DNA from: Spirochaetaceae bacterium
GTDB lineage: Bacteria; Spirochaetota; Spirochaetia; DSM-27196; PWMO01
DNA length: 64,000 nt
Reading direction: 5' to 3'
Assembly (NCBI GenBank): GCA_046541715.1
Contig: JBKHCS010000004.1
Location: forward strand, 2,486 to 66,485
The notes below the pieces were generated by a model. It did no database searches. It had not been told where the DNA came from and was given only the letters and a program-made list of their open reading frames with translations. Of the stretch, positions 9,367 through 20,483 are shown in pieces (positions within the stretch are counted from its first letter, which is position 1; each line of letters opens with the position of its first letter). A program made the translations under genes and the position numbers.

Positions 9367-10467
9367 CTAGTGGCCCTTCTTACGCTTGGACCGGGGCTGG
9401 GACTTCCCCCCGGAAGATTGTCGCTTCTTGCTTACTTCCCGCTTTACCGCTTCGATGTCCGCCGCGGGAACTCCCGCAGGAACCTTGGCCTTCCCACCTT
9501 CTTCCGTCTTTGGGGTTTCCTTTCGCTCTTCGTTCACCGAGGTGCTTCCGTAGCGGTCGAGATCCCGCTTCCGACGCCGGGCCCGGCTTCGGCGCTGCCA
9601 TCCAAGGAGGACCGGCGAGGCGATGAAGATCGAAGAATAGGTTCCGACCACGATACCGACCATCAAGTTTAGTGCGAAGGCCTGGATTGCGCCGGTCGCA
9701 AAGACGTAGATCGAAACGACGGCCAAGAGGGTCGTCAGCGAGGTAATAAGGGTCCGGTTGAGGGACTGGCTGATACTGGTATTTACGATGGTTTCGTAGC
9801 CGGTATCCCGGAGGAGCGTTTCGTTCTCCCGGATTCGGTCGAAGATAACGATGGTATCGTTCAGGGAGTATCCGATAATCGTCAACACCGCCGCGATGGT
9901 CGCCGTCGAGACTTCGATCTGGAAGGTACCGATAAACCCGATCATGAACAGCACGTCGTGCACGAGCGCCGCAATGGCGGAAACCGCGTAGGCCAGGCGG
10001 AATCGAAACCAGATGTAGATAAGGATCAGGCCCAGGGCGAGAGTCGTCAGAAGGATGGCCTGTTCGGCCAGGTCCTCGGAAAACCGGGGTCCGACGTAGG
10101 AAGACTGAAGCTCCCGGACCGAACCTTCGCCGAACTCCGCCTCTAAGGCGTCGATGACGTTCGCGGACATCACTTCGCTGAACTGCTCGAGAACCCCGGC
10201 GTCCCGGACACGGATGGAGTACTCCTCGTTTCCTGTGCCACCGATCGACTGGACCTGAACCCCATCGATAGACGAGAGGGTTCGGCGAACCCGTTCGACG
10301 GAACCGACGCCGTCTATCTCGACCTGGAGATCCAGACCGGCCTGAAAGTCGATACCGAAGTTGAATCCACCCTGGGTGACGGTAAGCCCGATCCCCAGGG
10401 CGATTAGGACCACCGAGACCGTGATCATTACAAAACGCAGGCGCGTAAAGGCGATTACCCGGGCCAT
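9367..10467 (-). CDS. secF: protein translocase subunit SecF with a basic C-terminal tail
   Basis: It has the SecF membrane core (IGYSLNDTIVIFDRIRE). ATG 10467 has GGAGG 5 nt upstream and shares one base with the secD TAA. The last 75 aa or so are a Lys/Arg-rich extension. Confidence 0.9.
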   Translation of the reverse strand: MARVIAFTRLRFVMITVSVVLIALGIGLTVTQGGFNFGIDFQAGLDLQVEIDGVGSVERVRRTLSSIDGVQVQSIGGTGNEEYSIRVRDAGVLEQFSEVMSANVIDALEAEFGEGSVRELQSSYVGPRFSEDLAEQAILLTTLALGLILIYIWFRFRLAYAVSAIAALVHDVLFMIGFIGTFQIEVSTATIAAVLTIIGYSLNDTIVIFDRIRENETLLRDTGYETIVNTSISQSLNRTLITSLTTLLAVVSIYVFATGAIQAFALNLMVGIVVGTYSSIFIASPVLLGWQRRSRARRRKRDLDRYGSTSVNEERKETPKTEEGGKAKVPAGVPAADIEAVKREVSKKRQSSGGKSQPRSKRKKGH

Positions 10468-12194
10468 TAAAGCCTCCAACTTATGCTGAGCTTGCTGCGG
10501 CGGACGACCTGGGTAGTAAAGTCGAATATGAGCCGCGAGACAAAGAGCGCCGTAAACATCGACGTGACAATACCTACCGCGAGGGTAACGGCGAACCCTT
10601 GAATCGGCCCGGTACCCAGCTGCGACAGAAAGATCGCGGCGATAAAGGTGGTTATATTTGCGTCGGTGATGGTCCAGAGGGCCTTACCGAACCCGGCGGC
10701 AATCGCCGCCTGGGGGCTCTTTCCGAGGCGATACTCCTCTTTTACGCGCTCGAATATGATTACGTTGGCGTCGACCGCCATACCGACCGTCAGAATTATT
10801 CCGGCGATGCTGGTAAGGGTCAGCGTCAGATTGAAGACCGACAGGATCGACACGATAAAAAAGAGGTTGAGGATAAGCGCCAGGTCCGCCACGAGGCCGG
10901 CACCCTTGTAGTAGATCACCATAAAGAGGATGACCAGCGCAAAGCCAAGGGCGATGGCCCGCAAGCCCGTATCTACCGCCTGCTCCCCGAGGGAGGCTCC
11001 GATAGCCTGTTGGTTCAGAACAACCAAGTCGACGGGAAGAGCCGCCGTCCGGAGAACGGTGGCGATATTCTGGGCCTCTTCCTGATCGAAGCCGCTAATA
11101 CGCACCTGTCCGGTGGGAATCTCTTCCTCGATGGTCGCGTAGGCTCGAACCCTCCCGTCCATTACAATCGCCATGCTCGAATCGACGTTATCCCGGGTCA
11201 ATCCGGCAAAGAGATCCGCCCCCTCCCGGTCGAGGACAAAGTTGACCACCGGCTGGTTCGTCAGAGGATCCCGGGCAAACTGCGCCTCGGTAATGTGCTC
11301 ACCGGCCAAGCCGTCTTCCTGGATGTTGGACTTGATGACGATGTAGCGGACGAAACGGTCCAATCCGTACTCATCCCGGGTTACGTATTCGGCGATCTCG
11401 GTACCAACCGGGACAAAGTCCGGGCGTCCGTCGTCTTCCGGATTCCAACCGGGGTTCTCCTGCTGGAGCGCGATCAGTTGCTCGGTCGCTTCGTCGTCGA
11501 CGATGTGGAAGTTCAGGGACCCCTTCCCCATCAGGAAGGAATTGACGCGCTCCCGGTCGTTCTCTCCGGGAATCTCGATCGATATTCTCGTTTCGTCCAT
11601 CCGGCGGATCTGAGGCTCGGTAACACCGAACCGGTCGATACGGTTACTCAAGATCTCGAGGGCAAGATCGACGGCTTCGCTCAACTGGGCCTCGGTCGGC
11701 TCTTGGCCGAGCCGATCCGCTAGGCTACTACGATCGGCCTCCAACACGACGTTAACGCCGCCGTTAAGGTCCAAGCCGAGCTGGATAATCCGGGACTGCA
11801 GGTCTTCGAGCTCTTCCACCTCGGCGCGATAGTGCGTCTCGAGGGCGGCAAAAGCCTCCCGCTCCGTGCGGAAGCTGTCCAAGACCGATTCGGTGGTCCA
11901 TTCGTCGGGGAGCGATCGATCCTCGAGGCGGTAGTTCCCCCGGGCCTCCTCAATAAGAAAGGAGTACTCCTCGGGAACGGGGGCTTCCGGATCGGAAAGC
12001 GCCAGATCTCGCAGCTCGGCGATAGCCTCTTCCGCTTCTCCCTCGGCATAGTCCCTGACCTGGGACCGAGAAGCGTTGGCGAGGACCTTCTGATCCTCGG
12101 AAACGAAGAAATACCACCGGATGGTGGGATAGATAAATGTAACGCTGGCACCGACCAATACGAGAATGATCAGCAAGCGTAGTCGCATGCTCAT
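10467..12194 (-). CDS. secD: protein translocase subunit SecD
   Basis: 575 aa. It has an N-terminal TM, a large periplasmic domain and the C-terminal SecD/F core (GMAVDANVIIFERVKEE). Confidence 0.9.
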   Translation of the reverse strand: MSMRLRLLIILVLVGASVTFIYPTIRWYFFVSEDQKVLANASRSQVRDYAEGEAEEAIAELRDLALSDPEAPVPEEYSFLIEEARGNYRLEDRSLPDEWTTESVLDSFRTEREAFAALETHYRAEVEELEDLQSRIIQLGLDLNGGVNVVLEADRSSLADRLGQEPTEAQLSEAVDLALEILSNRIDRFGVTEPQIRRMDETRISIEIPGENDRERVNSFLMGKGSLNFHIVDDEATEQLIALQQENPGWNPEDDGRPDFVPVGTEIAEYVTRDEYGLDRFVRYIVIKSNIQEDGLAGEHITEAQFARDPLTNQPVVNFVLDREGADLFAGLTRDNVDSSMAIVMDGRVRAYATIEEEIPTGQVRISGFDQEEAQNIATVLRTAALPVDLVVLNQQAIGASLGEQAVDTGLRAIALGFALVILFMVIYYKGAGLVADLALILNLFFIVSILSVFNLTLTLTSIAGIILTVGMAVDANVIIFERVKEEYRLGKSPQAAIAAGFGKALWTITDANITTFIAAIFLSQLGTGPIQGFAVTLAVGIVTSMFTALFVSRLIFDFTTQVVRRSKLSISWRL

Positions 12195-12224
12195 ACCTGG
12201 GCTCCGTAGAGTGAGATAGACGGC

Positions 12225-12623
12225 TTATTCGTCGGAATTGTCCTCGATAGCGGCGTCGTCGGCAGAAGTATCCCGTGCTTTGGACTTCCCGCTGCCCTTT
12301 CGTTCGAGAACCGTCGCCACGGCGGACCGGTTGAACTCCATGGTGGTGTTACTGTCCACCTTGAGTACGACCGTATCCTCTTTGAGGGCCTGAATGGTTC
12401 CCCGGATACCGCCGATGGAGACCACCTTGTCACCTTTCTGGAGAGAGGACAGCATCGCCTTCGTTTCCTTCTGCTTCTTGTTCTGGGGTCTGATGATCAA
12501 GAAATAGAAGATTAAGAACACGAGGCCGAAGGTGATAAGTGTCGGTGCTATCGATGCAGGCCCTCCGGTAGCACCACCCGGTGGGGGTGCCATCAGAATC
12601 GGTAGAATCGGTTGCATCATCAT
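12225..12623 (-). CDS. yajC: preprotein translocase subunit YajC
   Basis: It has a single TM followed by RPQNKKQKE...LQKGDKVVSIGGIRGTI, the YajC signature. It lies directly upstream of secD. Confidence 0.85.
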   Translation of the reverse strand: MMMQPILPILMAPPPGGATGGPASIAPTLITFGLVFLIFYFLIIRPQNKKQKETKAMLSSLQKGDKVVSIGGIRGTIQALKEDTVVLKVDSNTTMEFNRSAVATVLERKGSGKSKARDTSADDAAIEDNSDE

Positions 12624-12659
12624 AATTTGCTACGTCCTTGGGCTGTAAAGATTTCGGCA

Positions 12660-12688
12660 ACGGTATCACGACGACTAGAGGCCGTCAA
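12660..12688 (-). promoter_or_regulatory. candidate promoter for yajC-secDF
   Basis: TTGACG-17-TACCGT on the minus strand, just after the stop of the small ORF at 12691. Confidence 0.3.
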
Positions 12689-12690
12689 GG

Positions 12691-12981
12691 TTACACGCGC
12701 TGTACCTTGGTCACGTCGTCCCGAACCTCGAATACGCCGAAGAGCCGCTTCAACTCGGCGGCTGTTTTATCGCCAATGCTCGTATGGTCCCGGAGATAGA
12801 TTCGAAGATCCTCTATCGATTCCGGTCCGTCGAAGATTGCCGCACGGAAAGCGTTTCGATACTGGCCCCGTTCGGCAAGCTCCCGGCTACTCAATGACCC
12901 TAGTTTTCGGGCGCTGGTCGCATCGACGATCGCGGTGTTTCCTTCGTAGCCGACGGTAAAAATAAAGTCTTCGCGTTTCAT
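12691..12981 (-). CDS. small hypothetical protein (96 aa)
   Basis: Open frame with ordinary-looking codons, located between groEL and yajC. I recognise no motif. ATG 12981 follows the groEL terminator T-run directly, with no SD. Confidence 0.45.
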   Translation of the reverse strand: MKREDFIFTVGYEGNTAIVDATSARKLGSLSSRELAERGQYRNAFRAAIFDGPESIEDLRIYLRDHTSIGDKTAAELKRLFGVFEVRDDVTKVQRV

Positions 12982-12985
12982 AGAC

Positions 12986-13016
12986 AAAAAGGGGAAGCCT
13001 CAGACGGCTTCCCCTT
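12986..13016 (-). terminator. rho-independent terminator of groEL
   Basis: On the minus strand AAGGGGAAGCC gtctga GGCTTCCCCTT forms an 11-bp perfect stem, followed by TTTTTG. It starts 10 nt after the groEL stop. Confidence 0.75.
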
Positions 13017-13025
13017 ATGGCAATA

Positions 13026-14678
<1,653 letters not shown>

Positions 14679-14731
14679 TCAAAAAAATAGAGTTTTGAGT
14701 TTCACTGTGGATGTGAGCTTACGCTGCCGGA

Positions 14732-14760
14732 AAAATACCAAGGATCGCCGACAACATCAA
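14732..14760 (-). promoter_or_regulatory. candidate groEL promoter
   Basis: TTGATG-17-TATTTT on the minus strand, about 68 nt upstream of ATG 14663. The leader ends in GAGAGGGAAGGAAC before the ATG. Confidence 0.3.
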
Positions 14761-14767
14761 ATTTTTT

Positions 14768-15589
14768 TTACCAATCTATTCGATCCCGGGTAAAGAGCTC
14801 CTCGATCTCCCCGGTATCCGAACGCCGAACCCGAAGGGCTCCGGTCTCGCCGATCCCGACGACGACCCCGGGGACCGCCTCGGATCCGGCCCCCGACCGG
14901 AGGCCCGCCCCCTTTAAGATCACCCTCGAACCCACCCCCGCCAACCGCTGCTCCAGGGACCGGCGCCACTCGACGGCCTCGAGGGCGCTCCGAAGGTGCG
15001 CGAGGAGAGGCGAAAGGAGGGTCCCCGGATCGATGACCTCGCTCGGATCGGCGGCGCCGGCGAGAGCAAGTGAGGTCGCCGGGGCCCGAAGGTCCGGAGG
15101 AAATCGCCGTTGATTGACGTTGAGCCCGATTCCGACGAGGAACCAGGAGGCCGCGTGATGACAGAGAATCCCGGCAACCTTTTTTCCTCCGAGGAAGAGA
15201 TCGTTGGGCCATTTTATCCGCACGTCGGCATACCGTCGCTCTTCGAGAAACCGGGCGAGGCCGAGGGCCATCCGCAGGGGAAGCGCCTCCCAGGGAGCCG
15301 GAACCCAGGGCTCCGGGAGACAGAGGGTAAACATCAGGCTGCTCCCCCGGGGTGCCGTCCAGCTGCGGTTCGGGCCCTGTCCTCGCCCGGCAGTCTGAAA
15401 GTCGCACCGGAGGACCGCACCCGCGGCGGAGGCAACGGCTGAATCCGGTCCGGTAACGGGGCCCGAGAGCACCAGCTCCCGGGCATCCTCCATGGTGGAG
15501 CCGGTCGTGGGAACCGCGTAAACGGGCCCTCCAAAGGGGTTGGGGCCCTCTTTGGCTCTCTCTTGGACTCTGTAACCGACTAATTGCAA
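14768..15589 (-). CDS. birA: biotin--[acetyl-CoA-carboxylase] ligase (no HTH domain)
   Basis: [13 protein letters not shown] (GRGRxGRxW-like) and KWPNDL motifs. The only in-frame start before the conserved region is TTG 15589, with GGAGGAG 8 nt upstream. Confidence 0.8.
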   Translation of the reverse strand: MQLVGYRVQERAKEGPNPFGGPVYAVPTTGSTMEDARELVLSGPVTGPDSAVASAAGAVLRCDFQTAGRGQGPNRSWTAPRGSSLMFTLCLPEPWVPAPWEALPLRMALGLARFLEERRYADVRIKWPNDLFLGGKKVAGILCHHAASWFLVGIGLNVNQRRFPPDLRAPATSLALAGAADPSEVIDPGTLLSPLLAHLRSALEAVEWRRSLEQRLAGVGSRVILKGAGLRSGAGSEAVPGVVVGIGETGALRVRRSDTGEIEELFTRDRIDW

Positions 15590-15612
15590 TTGAGGAACTC
15601 CTCCACGATATT
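15584..15612 (+). promoter_or_regulatory. sigma70-like promoter, leaderless geometry, for zwf
   Basis: TTGCAA-17-GATATT, then 7 nt to ATG 15620. This argues against the TTG 15584 start in the ORF track. Confidence 0.35.
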
Positions 15613-15619
15613 AGGACTG

Positions 15620-17095
15620 ATGGCAACCAATCCACTTTTCGCTGGACTCGAGTACGTAAAAGAACCCCCGCCCTTCGCCATAACCATATTCGGCGTTACC
15701 GGAGATCTTACACAAAAGAAGCTCATGCCGGCGCTCTTTTCCCTTTATTCTAAGGGAACCAGCCGCTTCAAGATCGTCGGATTCGCCCGGCGGGATTGGC
15801 GCGGCGAGACGGTCCGGGAGAAGGCCCGGGGGATGCTCGACGGTTTCCCCGGAGCCGAAGGGGAGCGATTGACCTCCTTTCTTCAGCGGATCGAGTACGT
15901 GCAATCGACCTTCGAAGACGACGAGGGCTACGGACGCCTCGGGAAGGCCCTCGAGGAGTATCAGAACCGGATTTACTACCTCTCCACGCCGCCGGATTCC
16001 TACGAGACCATCATTCACAAGGTCGGGCGGCTCCCCCGGGGGAGCGGCACGACCCGGATTGTCGTCGAAAAGCCCTTCGGTCGGGATTTCGCCTCGGCCC
16101 AAGCACTAAACCGTCTTCTGTCGAAGTATTTCCGGGAAGATGAGATCTTCCGGATCGACCACTACCTCGGAAAGGAAACGGTTCAGAACATTCTGGTGCA
16201 CCGCTTCGGAAACGGGATCTTCGAGCCGGTTTGGAACAGCCACTACATCGACCACGTCCAGATTACCGTCGCCGAGGACATCGGCGTCGGGACCCGGGCG
16301 AACTACTACGAGCAGGCCGGTACCCTTCGGGACATGATCCAGAACCACGCCTTCCAGCTGCTCTCGCTTACGGCGATGGAGCCGCCCCACAGCCTCGGCG
16401 CCGAGAGTATCCGGGACGAAAAGGTTAAGATTCTCGAGGCGCTCCGGCCGATTACCTTCCGGGATATCTCGGAGCGGACCGTCCGGGGGCAGTACGGCCG
16501 GGGCTTTATGCACGGAAAGGAGGTCCCGGCCTACCGGGAAGAGGAGGGCGTCGATCCGGAGTCCGGAACCGAAACCTACGTCGCCCTTCAGCTCTTTCTG
16601 GATACCTGGCGCTGGTCCGGGGTCCCCTTCTACTTACGCTCCGGGAAACGGATGATGCGGAAGCTTTCGGAGATCTCTGTCCACTTCCGGAAGCCCCCCT
16701 TGGAGCTCTTCCGAAACCGGCATCCGGCGCTTAATGAGAATGTGCTGATTATGCGTATCCAGCCGGAGGAAGGGGTTACGCTGAACATGAACGTCAAGAT
16801 ACCCGGGTACACGACGGACATGCGACCGGTGAACATGGACTTCGCCTACGGCTCGGCCTTCGGAGAGCGGACCTTGGAGGCCTACGAACGACTCCTCTTC
16901 GACGTAATCCTCGGCGACTCGACCCTCTACACCCGAAGGGACGAGGTCGAAGAGTCCTGGGCGTTCATTACCCGGATTCTCGAAGGGTGGCGGCAAGAGA
17001 GCACTCCGCTCCCTCAGTATCAACCGGGAAGCTCCGGCCCGGCAGAGGCCCGGGAGCTTCTCGCTCGGGAGGGAAGACGATGGCGCAGACTCTAG
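15620..17095 (+). CDS. zwf: glucose-6-phosphate dehydrogenase
   Basis: FGVTGDLTQKKL dinucleotide-binding motif and the RIDHYLGKE active-site motif. Confidence 0.93.
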   Translation: MATNPLFAGLEYVKEPPPFAITIFGVTGDLTQKKLMPALFSLYSKGTSRFKIVGFARRDWRGETVREKARGMLDGFPGAEGERLTSFLQRIEYVQSTFEDDEGYGRLGKALEEYQNRIYYLSTPPDSYETIIHKVGRLPRGSGTTRIVVEKPFGRDFASAQALNRLLSKYFREDEIFRIDHYLGKETVQNILVHRFGNGIFEPVWNSHYIDHVQITVAEDIGVGTRANYYEQAGTLRDMIQNHAFQLLSLTAMEPPHSLGAESIRDEKVKILEALRPITFRDISERTVRGQYGRGFMHGKEVPAYREEEGVDPESGTETYVALQLFLDTWRWSGVPFYLRSGKRMMRKLSEISVHFRKPPLELFRNRHPALNENVLIMRIQPEEGVTLNMNVKIPGYTTDMRPVNMDFAYGSAFGERTLEAYERLLFDVILGDSTLYTRRDEVEESWAFITRILEGWRQESTPLPQYQPGSSGPAEARELLAREGRRWRRL

Positions 17096-18075
17096 CCTTC
17101 GATCATCAACAGATCGAGGAAGAGCTTAAACGGATACAGCAGCAATCGGCCCCGACGGAGGCCCGGGCGACCATCCTCAATCTGTTGGTCTTCGCCGACA
17201 TGAACGATCGGGAAGAAGCGGAGCGGGCCCTGGGATACGTCCTGGGGAAGCGGGCCGCCCGGATTATCCTCGTAATCAACAGCACCACGCCGGAGAGCAA
17301 TATCGCCGTATCCGCCCGGTGCTACATCGACCCGGAGCGCAGGAGCGTCTGCCTCCAGGAAGTAATCGTCGAGAACGGCCGGGACCAGCTCGGGGCCGCG
17401 GTCAACACCTGGAGCCCCTTGCTTATCCGGGATACTCCGGTCTACGCCTGGTGGCGCCTGGGTATCGACCCGGAAAACGACCTGCTGCGAAGCGTCCAGG
17501 AGCTTTCGGACAAGGTTATCGTCGATACCGAGTCCGCCTTCGAAGGAGACGAGACCTTCGCAAAGGCACTCGCGCTCCACGAGCGGCTTGCCACGGCGAT
17601 TAGCGACTTCGCCTGGCTCCGGGTCCAGGACCTCCGGCTCCTAGTCGCCCGGGCCTTCGATTCCGAGGAGTTACTAAACCGGCTATCGAACCTGGAGGGC
17701 CTAACGATTTCCGGGGCGCCTCCGGCATATTCCCGTCTCTTTGTCGGATGGCTCGCCTCGCGTTTGGGGTGGCGAAAAACTGCCGGGACGGGATTTCGGA
17801 GTCCCGGGGGCGAGATCGCGGTAAGCTTCGGCGCCGGCGGGTCGGAGGAGTCCCTCGAGCTCGTCTTCCGCTTTCGGGAGGGCGCCCCGGTGACAATCCG
17901 GACCCGGGAGGGAACCGCCGTCGTCGAAGGCGCCACGCCTGAGCCGTACGAGTGCGTCTTCGAAGTTCCGTCGACGGGACGACTCCTGCTACAGAACATC
18001 GACTCCGCCTACAGCGAGTTTCTCTATTTGGACGCCCTCCGGGGGTGGCTCGGAGAGACCGGCCCCCAGGCTTGA
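17080..18075 (+). CDS. opcA: OpcA-like G6PD assembly protein (tentative)
   Basis: 331 aa from ATG 17080, with GGGAGGG upstream. It overlaps the zwf end by 16 nt. The N-terminal IEEELKRI...RATILNLLVFA pattern resembles OpcA. The family assignment rests on memory of the family and on synteny with zwf. Confidence 0.55.
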   Translation: MAQTLAFDHQQIEEELKRIQQQSAPTEARATILNLLVFADMNDREEAERALGYVLGKRAARIILVINSTTPESNIAVSARCYIDPERRSVCLQEVIVENGRDQLGAAVNTWSPLLIRDTPVYAWWRLGIDPENDLLRSVQELSDKVIVDTESAFEGDETFAKALALHERLATAISDFAWLRVQDLRLLVARAFDSEELLNRLSNLEGLTISGAPPAYSRLFVGWLASRLGWRKTAGTGFRSPGGEIAVSFGAGGSEESLELVFRFREGAPVTIRTREGTAVVEGATPEPYECVFEVPSTGRLLLQNIDSAYSEFLYLDALRGWLGETGPQA

Positions 18076-18187
18076 GCGGCCGGCCTGCGGGATTCCGTCA
18101 ACAGGCTCCTTGATACTCCCGGGGGATTGGCGATAGAGTGCAACGGGATTTTATACGAATCGGTGCATACATTTTCGGAGGCTTGTT

Positions 18188-18658
18188 GTGAAGGAGAGGC
18201 AACAGCGTCTTCAGTTGATAAAGCGCATCCTGAAGGAGCAACGCATCACCAGCCAGGAACAGCTCCTGGGTTTTTTGCAGCGCGAAGGGTTCAACGTTAC
18301 CCAAGCAACCCTCTCGAGGGACCTCAAGCTCCTCAAGGTGGGGAAGGTTTCCGCGGGAGCCGAGGGATACGCCTACACGCTCCCGAGCGAAGAGGAGCGC
18401 CGGGAATCCGAGCGTAGCTACGTAGAGGATTTCCAGCGGGGATACGTATCCTTCGCGCTCTCGGGCAGCGTAGCTGTCGTCCGGACCCTGACCGGTCACG
18501 CCGACTCCGTCGCGATAGCCTTGGACAACCTCGGCGTCCCGCAGATTCTCGGGACCGTAGCGGGAAACGACACCGTCTTGGCGGTGGTCCGGGAGGGGAC
18601 GACGAAAGCTGCCCTCCTCTCGGCGCTTCGGGGAAAGATAGAGGATCTCGAGGAGTAG
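18188..18658 (+). CDS. argR: arginine repressor
   Basis: Winged-helix N-terminus (ITSQEQLLGFLQREGFNVTQATLSRDL) and a C-terminal GTVAGNDTVLAV oligomerisation/arginine-binding motif. GTG start with GGAGG 6 nt upstream. Confidence 0.85.
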   Translation: MKERQQRLQLIKRILKEQRITSQEQLLGFLQREGFNVTQATLSRDLKLLKVGKVSAGAEGYAYTLPSEEERRESERSYVEDFQRGYVSFALSGSVAVVRTLTGHADSVAIALDNLGVPQILGTVAGNDTVLAVVREGTTKAALLSALRGKIEDLEE

Positions 18659-18661
18659 CCC

Positions 18662-19693
18662 TTGACCGTTCTTGTTCTCGGGAGCACCGGGTACGCCGGC
18701 ACGCTCTTTCTCCGACTGCTTACGTCCCATCCGGACGTTACCACGGTTTTGGCCGTTTCCGGCTCCCGGGGGGGGCAACGCGTCCTGGATCTCGATCCCG
18801 GCCTTTCCGCCGTCGCCGTCGAGAAGATACCCGGCGGCGTCTTTCTGTCGCCGGAAGAGGCGGCATCGAAGAAGGTGGATGTCGTGTTTGCCGCGCTCCC
18901 ACACCTTGAATCGTCCAAGTTACTCGACCCCTACTACGGAAGGGCCGTCGTTATCGATTTGGCCGCGGATTTTCGTATCCAGGATACGGGGCTCTTCGAA
19001 AAGGCCTACGGCGCTCCGCCTCCCCGGAGGAAGCTCCTCGAAGGAGCCGTCTACGGGCTCGCCGAGCTCTACCGGGACCAGGTCCGCCGAACCGACCTCG
19101 TGGCGAACCCCGGATGCTACCCGACCGCATCGCTCCTGCCCATCCTCCCGCTCCTGAGAGCCGGGCTAATCGGCGGGCCCATCGTTCTCAACGCACTTTC
19201 GGGCATAACCGGTGCCGGAAAGAAGGCTAAGGAGGACTATCTCTTCGCCGAGCGGGCGGAGAACGTCAACGCCTACGCACCGGGGACGAGCCACCGGCAC
19301 TGGGCAGAGATGTGGGAGCAGGCCCGGCTGAGCGGTCTCTCGGAATCTCTTTTCTTTACGCCGCACCTGGTACCCATCCGGAAGGGCATAGAGGTCTCGG
19401 GGGTCGCCCGCCTCACCTCCGGGGCCACCGCCGGCGGGATAGCCGAAGCGCTCGAGGGCGCCTACGGATCTGCCCCCTTCGTAACCCTTACCGGAGACCG
19501 TATTCCTCAAACCCGGGACGTCCGGGATACCAATCGCTGCGACATCGGATGGCGGATAGAAGGGGAACACCTCTTTTTCTTTTCCGTTATCGACAACCTC
19601 ATGAAAGGCGCCTCCGGACAGGCGGTGCAGAATATGAATATTCGCTTCGGCCTCGACGAGACGGCAGGATTGCCGCTGACGGGGAGCAGCTGA
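18662..19693 (+). CDS. argC: N-acetyl-gamma-glutamyl-phosphate reductase
   Basis: VLGSTGYAG Rossmann motif and the NPGCYPTA catalytic-Cys motif. The TTG start lies 3 nt after the argR stop. Confidence 0.9.
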   Translation: MTVLVLGSTGYAGTLFLRLLTSHPDVTTVLAVSGSRGGQRVLDLDPGLSAVAVEKIPGGVFLSPEEAASKKVDVVFAALPHLESSKLLDPYYGRAVVIDLAADFRIQDTGLFEKAYGAPPPRRKLLEGAVYGLAELYRDQVRRTDLVANPGCYPTASLLPILPLLRAGLIGGPIVLNALSGITGAGKKAKEDYLFAERAENVNAYAPGTSHRHWAEMWEQARLSGLSESLFFTPHLVPIRKGIEVSGVARLTSGATAGGIAEALEGAYGSAPFVTLTGDRIPQTRDVRDTNRCDIGWRIEGEHLFFFSVIDNLMKGASGQAVQNMNIRFGLDETAGLPLTGSS

Positions 19694-19712
19694 AAACCGG
19701 GGAAGTAACGGC

Positions 19713-20483
19713 TTGAAACCAACGATAGTCATTAAGCTTGGCGGCCGAGCCTTCGAAAACCCCGAAGGCTCGAAGATGTTCGCCCGGGAGCTCGCGGGTA
19801 TCCGAAAAACCTACTCTCCGATCGTCGTCCACGGCGGCGGAAAGGAGATTACCGACTTGAGCCGGCGCCTCGGTGTCGAGCCGCAGTTCGTCGAAGGGCT
19901 CCGAATAACCACCGCCGAAGAGATGAACCTGGTCGATATGGTCCTCGCGGGGCTGGTCAACAAGCGCCTGGTCCGGGTGTTCCGGCAGGTCGGCGTATCC
20001 GCCGTCGGGGTTTCCGGAGCCGACGGGAGTCTGGTTTCCGCCCTCCCCTTGGGACCCGGAACCAAACACACGGGTATGGTCGGTACGGTCGATCCGAAGC
20101 TGATACAGACCTTACTAACCGGAGGCTTTCTCCCGGTTGTCGCTCCCCCTTCGGCGGACATTTCGGGCACCCCCTTCAACATCAACGCCGACTCCGTCGC
20201 CCTCGGGCTTGCCGAGGGGCTCCGGGCCGAGGATCTGGTCTACCTCTCGGACGTCCCGGGGGTTCGGATCGGAGAAGAAGTGCTGCGCCATATCTCCGTC
20301 GAATCGATCGAAGAGGAGATTGCCCGGGGAAGTATCTCCGGGGGGATGATTCCAAAGCTGCGCTCCTGCGCCGCGGCTTTGCGCGGGGGGGTCAAAAACT
20401 CTATCATAGGGCAGTATTCCCGGGAGGGGGATCTTCTCCGGCTGCTTTCCCAAGAACTCGGAACAAGGATTGGATCATCCTGA
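19713..20483 (+). CDS. argB: acetylglutamate kinase
   Basis: Amino-acid-kinase fold signature: IKLGGRA, VVHGGG, NINAD. Confidence 0.9.
   Translation: MKPTIVIKLGGRAFENPEGSKMFARELAGIRKTYSPIVVHGGGKEITDLSRRLGVEPQFVEGLRITTAEEMNLVDMVLAGLVNKRLVRVFRQVGVSAVGVSGADGSLVSALPLGPGTKHTGMVGTVDPKLIQTLLTGGFLPVVAPPSADISGTPFNINADSVALGLAEGLRAEDLVYLSDVPGVRIGEEVLRHISVESIEEEIARGSISGGMIPKLRSCAAALRGGVKNSIIGQYSREGDLLRLLSQELGTRIGSS

Noticed and set aside
18130-18187. ARG box (ArgR operator) upstream of argR
   Set aside because: Only GATT-N7-AATC, a 4+4 inverted repeat in an AT-richer patch, is present. This is too weak to call without a matrix or comparative data.
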